Source: Eledone cirrhosa (Eukaryota). From it: a stretch of DNA of 64,000 bases. The notes beneath the pieces were generated by a model. It worked only from the letters and a program-made list of their open reading frames with translations. It was not told where the DNA came from and searched no databases. The stretch is taken from the NCBI GenBank assembly GCA_964016885.1, contig OZ024740.1:283278001-283342000 (forward strand), written 5' to 3'. Numbering within the stretch: the stretch's first letter is position 1; every line of letters starts with the position of its first letter. A program made the translations under genes and the position numbers. Shown here piece after piece: positions 29,484 to 41,219 of the stretch.

Positions 29484-29759
29484 TATATATGTATATATAA
29501 AAACATTTAGGTATCCACCATGTTAGAGCAAAAACAAGTCCAAAAGTTTTACATGAACGGAGTTTTTCATGTCTGTGATTGAATGGGCAACTAGTCACAG
29601 GCATTGGCGTAATGAAGAAATGTATACATACATACATACATACATACATACATGCATACATACATACATACATACATACATACATACATACATACATACA
29701 TACATACATGCATACATACATACATACATACATACATACATACATACATACATACATAA

Positions 29760-32700
29760 TGATACATAAACTTTAACATATAAATACAACGTTGTTATAT
29801 TATATTACATTCGTAAAGGAATATACTAAGTAACGGTTCTTTTTGTTCTCGATTCAAACGATTCAAGAACAACGTTTAAAACACAGTTGTAGAATTAAAA
29901 ACTAACTGAAAAGAAATATTACCCAAGCTGTGAATAACTTTAAATTTGATTCTGACAGAACTTTGTCGTAACTTTTAAAGAAGATCATCGACTATTTAAA
30001 AAAAAATAAATACAAAATATTAGTGAATAGACGAACTCATCATGGCAAAAAGTACAAGTCTCCTTCGACCAAATCGCAATTACAACCGTTGTATACAGTG
30101 GAGCTACGAGCTTAACAAAGAATTATATGAAGCATACAAACAATCTGAACCCCAAAAGTTCGGTTTTATGCAAAGGCTAAACACTTTATGGAACTCCAAA
30201 CACCCAGAATTAGACTTTTCTCCAAAGCATCTAAATGAACAGGCAAAACGTATCATTAGATGTAAATTGATACATCTATCGGAATTGAGTGATACTACAA
30301 ATACAGCCCTTGTAGACAACCACCCCTCCTCCACTGACAGACAAAGAGAATGGCCAGCTAAATCTAACAGTGAACAGCTCACCAACAATTTTGCTGAAAT
30401 CCATCCCACTTCCACTGAAGAACAGCGAGAAAGGTCAGCTGACTCTAGTAGTAATTGTCACCACATCAACAACGAGGCTGCAATTCATGACTCTACTGAA
30501 CAAACAGAGCACCAAAAACTTGTGGGCACCCTACAAGTGATATGGAACGATATGTTTCAAGAAATACACAGCCTTAATGTGAGTGACAGACCATACAACA
30601 CTAGAGTCAGTAAAGAACCCACTAAATTGGAATAGGAAGCGGTGAACGAAATAGCTGGCAATTATCTGAAGGCTATACGATCTAAAGGTGTAGAAACGAC
30701 ATTTGAAACGCTCAATGTTTTGTTATATGTTTCAGCTGTCACATTGCTATCATATAACACACATCTAAAACCACGCAATCAAGATACAAACAGAAAGCCT
30801 GAACCAGCGTGGATGCGAAATTTAAAAACCAAAATTTTGTCCCTGAGACGAAGTATCTCACACATCGCAGTCGTTATGAAATGCAACATAGAGAGCAACT
30901 TCACACGACACCAGGAAGACCTAAAGAAAAAGTTAGAGAGACGATTTGGAGATACCAAATTTAAAACTTTGAACTCCAAATTACACCAGTTGAAACAACA
31001 ACTCACAGCTACAACAGAAAGACTAAAATATAAGTCAACAGCACATAAACGACAAGAGCTAAATAGATTGTTTGCCAGAGATCCTAAATCAGTTTATCGC
31101 AGCTTAGGTGGCAAAAGCTCAATCCCTGTAAACGACACCCCTTCAAAAGAACAGGTTGAGAACTACTGGAGATCTGTATGGGAAACGGATGACGGATTCA
31201 ACAGACAAGCTAATTGGCTAAAACAACTGGAACAGGACTACTGCCAACATGTCCAGACAAAACAATATGACATAGATGGGTCAATACTGGAAACAGCTCT
31301 ACAGAAAATATCGAATAGGAAATCGCCAGGCCCAGACCTCATTACAGGATACTGGTTGAAGAATTTCACTTTTTATCGGCAAGATCTCATACGGCTGTTT
31401 ACAGAAACCATTAAGGGCACACAAGAACTGCCCAGATGGTTATCAACTGCCACTACTCTCCTCATTCCCAAAAATAGCCAAACCACCCTTGCTAAAAATT
31501 ACCGTCCAATTGCCTGCCAAAGCATCATGTATAAATTATATACTGGGTGCCTTAACCTGTTCTTACAGGATCACTGTGCTACCAACAACATCATAACACC
31601 TGAGCAAGCTGGTGGAAAGAGGGAGGTGTGGGGTTGCATAGATCACCTACTAACTAACAAAATGATTCAGGAAAAAACAACAAAGAATCGCAGACTCATG
31701 ACTGTCGTGTGGCTGGACTATCAAAAAGCATTTGATAGTGTACCTCATGGGTGGATTATTAAGGCTTTACAGTTAGCTAAAGTCCCACAACCATTGGTAG
31801 CTGCTGTTGAACGCCTGACCAAGAACTGGTACACCAATTTGATCCTTAGAGGTGAGAAGGAGCAGGTTAAGACTGATAGGATACATTACCAGAAGGGCAT
31901 CTTTCAGGGTGATAGCTTGTCAGTACTACTCTTCGTTCTCTCACTGAATCCACTATCTTACCTACCCAGGAAACAAGGTGGACAAAGAAGAGGGCCCAGA
32001 AGTATCTCCCATCTTTTCTTTGTTGATGACCTGAAGTTGTATGGGCCAAATATCAATGACATCAAGAAACAATTGGACCTCATTACACAATTTTCAACCG
32101 ACATCAAAATGAAATTTGGTGAGTCCAAGTGTGCATATTTGGCAGTAAAACGTGGAAGAGCTGTGCCCTCCTCTAGAAATCTAGAGATGAACGGCCTGAC
32201 AATACAACCCCTGCAGTCAGGTGACAACTACAGATATCTTGGACAGGATGAGAATGTCAGATATGATGGACCCATAAATAAGGAGAGAACCAGAACTGAA
32301 TACCTCAGAAGAGTAAAAAAAATATGGTCATCAGAACTGTCAGCATACAACAAATACATTGCCCACAATACCTATGCTGTGCCAATTCTAACGCCAACAT
32401 TTGGCCTACTGAACTGGTCATTGCAAGAACTAAGTGAGTTGGATGTTAGAACCCGAAAACTTCTCAGTGTTACTGGGAACTTTAACATCAATGGTGATGT
32501 GGATAGGCTATACTTCTCACGCAAGGAAGGTGGCCGGGGTCTAAAATCAATATTAACCACATATGAGACCCGGATAGTAACACTGAAGCAACACCTTCAA
32601 CAGAGGAAAAAGGTTGGCGACCATCTTGCTCAGGTTTATGAGCATGAAAAAAGAAATATCATTAGAATAGCGACTGATCTGGAGGAGAGATATGGAATAA

Positions 32701-33634
32701 AGCCTGATATAAATTTCTCACCCAGAGAAATCGGAAGATCCTATTCAATGTTCAAACAAGAAAAAAAAATTGACCAATTTACAGAGAAAGTTGTGCATGG
32801 ATACTTGAGGCGTAAAACACAGACCATAGAGGGGATAAACCACTCAAAAAGCCTGGCATGGAGTTCCGACATGTTTATGACATCACACCTTGAGGGATAT
32901 CTCTATGCAATACAGGAACAAGAACTCCCTACCAAATATCTGCTGCACAAAAGAGGAGGGTCAGAAGCTGACAATAAATGTAGGCTATGTAAAACAAAGA
33001 TCGAGGATGTAAGCCACATTGTTGCCAGCTGCGAAAGAATGTCATCTCGCTACTACCTCCCCATGAGACACGATGGGATAGCTAGAACCATCTGGAACGC
33101 ACTTCGGAAAACAAAATTAACAACAAACGAGGAAGAATATATTGAGACAGATGGCACTAAGGAATATTGGTGGAACCTGAAAATAAAAACTGCCACCAAA
33201 TTATAGCACAACCGGCCTGATATTGTTGTTTGGGACCACACATTGAAAACGTGTTCTGTTGTGGAGATCAGCTGCCCACTTGATGTAAACGTTGTCAGAA
33301 AAATACAGGAGAAGGAGGACATCTACGGACCATTGATGAGGAGCTTACAAATCCAGTATCCAAGCTACACCTTTAGCTTCATACCCATCATTATTGGAGC
33401 TACGGGTTATATACCAACCCGCTTGGACCAAAGTATGACTGAACTTGGATTTGCGGACAAAAAGCGCAGCTCCCTAATTCATAGTCTACAAATGGCTGCG
33501 ATAGCTGGCACCTTCAAAATTTGCAAAACATTCTTGCGATTCAAGGGATGACAATTTCTTTTCTTTTACAACCTTGCCACCAGGAAGGTGGCCGGTCAAA
33601 AAAATATACTCGAAATTAAGAGAAAGAGATATAA
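29760..33634 (+). mobile_element. R4/Dong-like RLE non-LTR retrotransposon, near full length, inserted in (TACA)n
   Basis: Single-frame RT+RLE coding region; short 3'UTR with GCCACC-AGGAA-GGTGGC hairpin; (TACA)n on both sides (about 29624-29757 and 33635-33668). Boundaries approximate. Confidence 0.88.
30042..33551 (+). pseudogene. RT-RLE polyprotein of the R4-like element, interrupted by two in-frame TAG codons
   Basis: ORF-track pieces 30042-30635, 30642-33206 and 33243-33551 are all in one frame; stops at 30633-35 and 33204-06. RT motifs WLDYQKAFDSVPH, GIFQGDSLS, HLFFVDDLKLY; CCHC finger CRLC..EDVSHIVASC; RHD; RLE motifs NRPDIVVWD, VVEISCP, K..Y. Confidence 0.9.
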
Positions 33635-33781
33635 CATACATACATACATACATACATACATACATACATTACATACATATATACACAAACATAAGTATGC
33701 ATTTCTTCATTACGCTGATGTCTGTGACTAGTTGGCCATTCAATCACAAAATGCAAAACTCCATGTAAAACATTTATATTA

Positions 33782-33962
33782 TCTGGCTGTATCGGTTGAG
33801 GGTTGGACGCCCTGCATTCTAGCATTGTTACCTCCCTTTACTGTCTCAGTTCAAATCCCGTCGAGGTTAACTTTACCATTCATCCTTACGGGGTCGATAA
33901 AATAATGTACCAGTAATGCACTGGGTTATTGCTGGAATTGTGCCAAAAGTAGAAACAATTAT
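33782..33962 (+). mobile_element. SINE copy
   Basis: Family motifs, moderately diverged. Confidence 0.82.
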
Positions 33963-35311
33963 CTATTAGCCTCGATAAATCTGTAGTTATGTATCAACCA
34001 GCCTCAACTTCTCCTTATATAAAACAATTCATTTACTATGTAGGACAAATTCTCGAAATAGTTCGAGGTTCTCATATTTGAGAAGTCAAATTAACCTCTA
34101 TTTCACATTAAATGATGAAATAGTCTCCTGTATCAAAAAGCTATCGATATTTTCGCATGTCTTTGGGTATGTCTTTGGAAGCAGAAGGGAATTAGAAAAG
34201 AAACAAACTTTACAATATATCATACATGTTTCTATTTATTCTGTTATATCCCCGTAAGATCAGGGGTGTCTATTGCAGCCACATTAAACTCTTCAAACGG
34301 TTTCACCAATGTTTCCTGCATGAAATCCATCATGTTCACTAGAGTATACACATCACTGACATTGAAATATTACAAAACACTTGTACAGTCAGCATTAAAT
34401 TTCATATCCACAAGCACTGACACCGATGGTTATGTCTTTTTGTTAGATTTTACGACAGCAAAATTCCAATACAAAAGCATTTTAACGAGTTAACATCTGG
34501 TGAAAACCCACAACACAAACATATTTGCCTTTTAGGTATATGACCAAACATGCCTGTCAAATGCTGGTTGTAAAGTCACCAAGGTAAATATGCAGAAATG
34601 CCACAGGTTGAATATGACCGATCACTTGCTGCCAATTTGCCATAAGGTATGGGGAGAGAATTTTCGAATAACTGTGAAGTTGCAAGACACACCAAAACAT
34701 ATAATCATGGTACGTGTTTGACTGAATAGCCAAATACTCTCCTAAATATATATTAAAGACACCCCAGAACTCGTAATCAACGATAGAAACCTATTATGTC
34801 AGGAAGGGTCTTACACGTCTAGCGAGTCGAAGGCCATCATGTATATAAGAATATATGTATGTATGTTTTAAGGTTCTATTATTATATAACTTTTCACCAA
34901 TAGAGTGTGAGCCGGTTGCTAACATAGAGACATTTTCTTTCATTGGAATTTAGACAATATCAACTACGTAAATACTTATGTATGTCAGTATGTGTTTGCG
35001 CGTGTTTGTGTCTGTGGGGGTGTGCAGGTATGGGTATTTTTGCATGTGTGGATCTGTATGTTTTTGGCTATATATGTACACGTGCATATGTTTCTAAAAT
35101 TTATATATATGTATATGCAGATATTACATGCTGAATTTCTGAAATGTTTTACATATTTTTACCACCAAAAAGTCTAATAATAGGGGGGCATATAATCCCA
35201 CTGAACGGGAAAAGATGGGGATTAGCGCACATGGGAGTTGAACCCATACTCTTGTTTGCTGGGCAAGTACCCTGCCATTTGGCCAACGAACCCACCCATT
35301 ATAAGAATATA

Positions 35312-35527
35312 TAATTGTTTCTACTTTATGCACAAGGCCAGCAATTTGAAGAGAAGGGTGAAGTCGATTAAACTGACCCCAGTGCATTACTGGTGCTTTA
35401 TATGGTGCATAAAGACGAAAAGCAAACCTAACCTATGCGGAATTTGAACTCACAACATAAAGGTCCACAACTCTATGCCACGAAGCATGGTGTCCGACGC
35501 TCTACCGATATTGCCAATCCACCGCCC
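35312..35527 (-). mobile_element. SINE copy (long form) with 18-bp TSD
   Basis: ATTATAAGAATATATAAT at 35298-315 and 35529-546. Confidence 0.88.
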
Positions 35528-35825
35528 TATTATAAGAATATATAATAAAAATTATTCGAACCTACGAAGCATATGACAGAAATAATAAGGGTATGTGAAT
35601 ATTAAAGGGATATGAATATTATAGTTGGAACATAATAAAATGTTTATCAAGTGATTACATGTTATATATTGAAATAACTACTTCTTTTTAGGATTTACTT
35701 TAATGCATACACAATGATATGCAAAATCTCCCCCAAAACGTGCTCTAATCCTGTCAAGGGCTATATGCAGACTTAAACGCACATGATTTTCCTCAGTCAA
35801 TTTTAAATAAAGTGGACCCCCCCCC

Positions 35826-35899
<74 letters not shown>

Positions 35900-35900
<1 letters not shown>

Positions 35901-36567
35901 GAGGTTTGTCAGAAAGGTTCCAGGACAGATGCCACAAAAGATTTATTTCAAACCCAAATTTCACATTGAGTTTTCTCTTTCAAAGTAATCCCCCTGAAGT
36001 ATGTAACTCTAATCTTGGCTCTCTGCAGCGATCAAATTTTTTTCTTCATAATTTTATATACATGTCCTCTGTTTCAGGTCGTCAAGCAATGAGCACAGAG
36101 CAACGAACAAACTTGAAAACTCCCTTAGAAGCAAGCACTGGGATTGCTGCAGCAAGTGTATGGAGATGAGACGATGTCCCGCTCACGTATTTTTGAGTGG
36201 TGCAAGAGGTTTATAGAAGGACGCCAGGACGTGGAAGATGACCCCAGGAGCGGAAGGCCCTCAACAACCAGGACTGAGGTCAACGTTGAGCGCGTCAGGC
36301 AGATGGTGCGTAGATATCGTCGGCTGACTGTTCGACTGATGGCAAATGAGCTGGGCATGAATCGGGACAGCGTCTGGAAGATTCTCACTGAAGATTTGGA
36401 CATGCGGAAAGTCTGCGCGAAGATGGTGCCAAAACTGCTGAACGATGACCAGAAGGGTCGACGCATGCAAGTGTGCCAGGACATCCTCGAGCGTCTTGAA
36501 ACCGAACCAGACTTGCTAGGGACAGTCATCACCGGTGATGAGTCATGGATCTTCGAGTACGACCAGG
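35900..36567 (+). mobile_element. Truncated mariner transposon (left TIR + N-terminal half of transposase)
   Basis: TA|CGAGGTTTGTCAGAAAGGT.. terminus after (TA)n; MSTEQRTNLK at 36089, frameshift, then VYGDETMSRSRIFEWCKRF..DDPRSGRPS..KVCAKMVPKLL..VITGDESWIFEYD. Ends after the first catalytic D. Confidence 0.9.
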
Positions 36568-37951
36568 AGGGGACACATACAATAACATCCATATCTACAC
36601 ATGCATGCATACATACATATCTACCTAGTTGATGTTGTGTAAATTCCAATGAGAGAGTCTTTTGTCTATGTTAGAAACTGACTCTCTCTCTATTGGTAAA
36701 ACTTTGTGAAATTATAAAACCAGGAGAACATACATACATACGGACGTACGTGCCTATATACATATGTGTACGCAAACACATAAATATCTTCGAAAGTTGT
36801 TTTCAACATGGTCGTTGAATGTTAGAAATACTAGTGACATCACACTTTATTTTCGTAAAGTGACACTGAATAATGTAACACTCGATATACGTTTCTAATG
36901 ACAGGGTGGTCGTAGCCAAAATGATCCTGATCAAAGAAATTTCATACATATCTGGAGCACTTTAAATCAAATACTTTAAACATGGAACCTACTTTATATA
37001 TTTAATGCAGGAATATATAATAGAATAATATCTGTGTAAAAGACACTATCTTCAAGATAGAGTGTTCGCACAAGTAAATATTGGTTTTAATTTAAGTATA
37101 AGGCCAAAAGTCTTTAAGAAAGGGCAAAGGGTGTTTAAATCAACCCTAGTAATTAAATGGTATTGTATTTTATCGAATCCATAAGGAGGAATTTGAAAGT
37201 TGAGCTCGGAAGGGATTTTAACTCAGATCATTAATAAATATTAAATGGAAATTCACATGTGTAATTTTGATGATTTTTTTCAATGAATATTATTCCATCA
37301 AGACTTCTCTCTCTTGCAAAAGAAACTAAACAACTAATAGGAATGAAGTCGAATCTCGAAATAGAATCCTTTAAAACAAACATAAGTATATTAGTTGTGT
37401 ATTAGCATGCAACGTAATATAACAAAGGTGAGATTCGTGATTGAAATCTCGTTTCCTTAAAAACAATATTCAAACACAAGATGAGATAAATGCAAATATG
37501 ATCGGATTTAAGGAAATAATAATAATAAAACACCAACAACAACAACAGCAATATATTTTTAGTATATTCTTGTAAATGTTCGAAAATAGGTAGTGGCTTA
37601 GTTTTGAGGACAAATAATATGGTATAGTTCATTAAAGGGAAATCGTTGACTTGAAACCAGGAAGTGTGTTTCTCCAGAGGCTATTCTTCAATACAGGAAT
37701 CATTTTTTTTTTTTTTTTTTTTGCTTCTGCACGAGAATACTGTCTTCAAAACAGTAAACATAGCGTTGACTTTTATATCAACGTGAAGCAACAAGAAATA
37801 TAATTGAATTATATTTTTTCTTACTGTCTGGATATGAGAAACGAAAGAAAAGCAGAGGGGGAATATGAAATCTCTCTACAAATCAGATAAGACTGGAATC
37901 AAACAACAGAACTTACATTTTATACCAGACGAAATAAACAGCTACGAAAAC

Positions 37952-38020
<69 letters not shown>

Positions 38021-38021
<1 letters not shown>

Positions 38022-39140
38022 CTTAGATAGGACTAGACATAAGATAGGGAAAGCCACCTCATGTTACGACAACCAGAGATACCAGGGTGTCCTGTTTGTG
38101 GACGCTACCCCTGGAGGGAAATTAGCTAACCAGTGTAGAAAGGCCCTGAGAAAGACCCACTTAAAGATTAAGGTGGTAGAAAAGCCAGGAACCACCATAA
38201 AATCCTTGATCAGCAAAAAACTACCCGTTTAAGAAAACCCACTGTACTAATAGAAAATGTATTATATGTAAAGTAAACCCCCGGATAAACTGTAAAACTA
38301 GAAACGTAGTCTATAGCATAAGATGTACAGAGGGTACCTGCAGAAACATGACAACAACATAGATAGGCGAGACAGCTCGTAGCATAGGTGAAAAGATAGA
38401 CCAACACTGGGGGGAACTAAAAGGACGCAAAAACGGTTCAGTACTATACGAAGAGGCCAGACAACAACACGACGGTAACATAGACAACACAGAAATTAGA
38501 ATAATATCTAAACATAGAAATGACCCAGCAGATAGGCAAATCAGAGAGGCCAGCGAAATAGAACTTAGAGGGCCAAGGCTAAACAGAAAAAAATGAATGG
38601 AATAACAACAACACCCAAACAAACAACACTGACCTAAGAAAGTATAAATAAATAAATAAATAAATACACAAGCATAATAACAACAAACACATATAAACAC
38701 ACACTAGTAAACTAAGATAGAATACAATAACCAATACACAGTCACCAAACACGAACACACATCAAACAAAACACTATACACACACGCAAACGCATGCGCA
38801 GAGAAGACAAAAAAATAAATAAATAAATAAATAAATAAACAGACTAAATAAAGATGGCGTAGGCATACAATACAACGGGAGAAAACATAATAGCACCACT
38901 GACGATCTTGCAGATGTGCAACGAAAGAACTTTGTTAGACTATATATATGTGTTTGTGTCTATATTGTATCTGTATTTTTTACCGTTGGTCAGTCCATGG
39001 TAACATTGAGGACCGAATAAATTAAATTAACCGATATAAAAGACACAGAAGCGAAAACCAACCAAACAGTGAGTGTGTTCTGTTATTAATTGTGGCAATA
39101 TTATTACACAAATATGAACCCCCCCCCCCCAAGTATAACT
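38021..39140 (+). mobile_element. 5'-truncated Penelope-like element (family B): GIY-YIG remnant, 3'UTR and hammerhead-like motif
   Basis: Manual translation: VLFVDATPGGKLA..KIKVVEKPG / CTNRKCIIC..CKTRNVVYSIRC...C..(*)IGETARS..H..DRQIREA..LN, with a frameshift and a TAG at the Y of YIG. CTGACGA..TTGCA-GATG-TGCAA..GAAA at 38899-38926. Flanked by (TA)n. Confidence 0.88.
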
Positions 39141-39161
39141 ATATATATATATATATATATA

Positions 39162-40057
39162 TAGGAACCAGTAAGACCCCGACAGCTGAGCTCAAGCCGT
39201 TTCGACGTCTAATTCTGGACTAAATGAAAATTTATCCTGGTATTTAAATAGCCGATCTTCTCAAGGGGTAATTCCATATATGGTCAAAGTGATTGTCAAA
39301 AATCAGTAGTAATTCTGTGGTTGCAAATTAGTAGGGGAGATGGTGGCTAAACCTGCCAGTAGGAGAAAGAGGGGAGGGGGGTGGAGTAGACCCAATCAAG
39401 CGTTGGTAGTGCCAGCTACAGCTGGGCATGAGGTCAAAGAAGATACAGGGGAGGGGGAGGGGGAGGAAGTCGGAACGGTAGGTAGAACAATGGGGGGTAG
39501 AAATAGGAAAGAAAAATACTGAGAGTGAAGAAAAGCAAATAAGTGTAAAGAAAAAAGTAAAGTAAATTAAATTCTACGACCTAGGTGTCAGGCTATTGTT
39601 AGGCGAGAATAAAATAAAGAAAGAAAGAAGTAAATAAATAAATAAATAAATAAATAAGGAAACAAGTAAAAGAACTAGGTGGGACGGGATAGGCAAGGAC
39701 CCTTTTAAGAGGTATAAGTACGTAAATGATACGGTGACGGGTCAACAAAAGGGGCCAAAATACTAAAGAGACTACCACGAAATAAACAATAAAGGTTTCC
39801 ATCCCGGGCCAGCAACGACCCAGTGCAGCAAAGTGAACTTGTACGAGATAATAATTCTGAGTCCCGAGAAAAATATATACTAATGCTAACTCTAAAAGAT
39901 CTAAAACAAGCTACATGAAAGTTCGTACGAAATAAAGGTAGAATACGGAAAAATAAATTCAGAATCCACCCCGCCCAGAAGAAAAGCGAAGCAAGAAATA
40001 CTGAAACGAAAAAATAAGGCATAAGTGCCACTAAGAAATATAGAGGGCACAGAGAAT
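39162..40057 (-). mobile_element. Hammerhead-bearing PLE-type element, family A (longest copy; no recognisable coding region)
   Basis: Ends in the family A terminus (..GGGGTCTTACTGGTTCCTA) fused to (TA)n; only copy that keeps the 5' half of the ribozyme. Upstream boundary approximate. Confidence 0.7.
39176..39269 (-). ncRNA. Type I hammerhead ribozyme, U3-A8 core variant, long loop II
   Basis: Minus strand: stem I ACCCC / core TTGAGAA / stem II GA(T)CGGCTA...TAG(A)CGTC / GAAA / stem III CGGCT-TGAGCTC-AGCTG / TC cleavage triplet (GUC) / GGGGT. Confidence 0.75.
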
Positions 40058-40069
40058 TATATATATATA

Positions 40070-40633
<564 letters not shown>

Positions 40634-40723
40634 CAGGCATACATACATATATATGTATGTATGAATATACTTCTATTCCCACCTCCAATGGATGTTTTAG
40701 CATTAGATAAAAGATGGACTCTT

Positions 40724-40780
<57 letters not shown>

Positions 40781-41219
40781 ATGTCTGTAGGTGGGTGGGT
40801 GGGTATGTGTGTGTGTGTGGGGGGGGGGGTATGTGTAGGTATGTATGTATACTAACCTACAATTATATCTCAGAGGTTAAAATTCACCATGGAAAAAGTT
40901 GTTTAGCACTGTCGTAAAAGGCAATATTCATACATGAATTTCATTTACATACACATGCACATATAGTTATACACACACACACATTATTATTATTATTATT
41001 ATTATTGAATGCCATGGTTGACGGAGGCTCGGCTCTGTAAGTATAGTAATTTTTAACCGTTAAAACAATTGTAAATTGTTTAAAACTTGAACCAAATTGT
41101 TGATAAAGACACCCTCCTCCTCGTGAGAGGGGTCTTTCTGTCCGTTATTTGGCCCTTCGGGGTTAAATAACCAGTTATTGGGGTTTTGTACCCAATATTC
41201 ATTTTAAACAAAAAACAAC

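Noticed and set aside
34140-34500. Minus-strand FNVSDVYTLV resembling RT motif A
   Set aside because: Too degenerate to support by eye.
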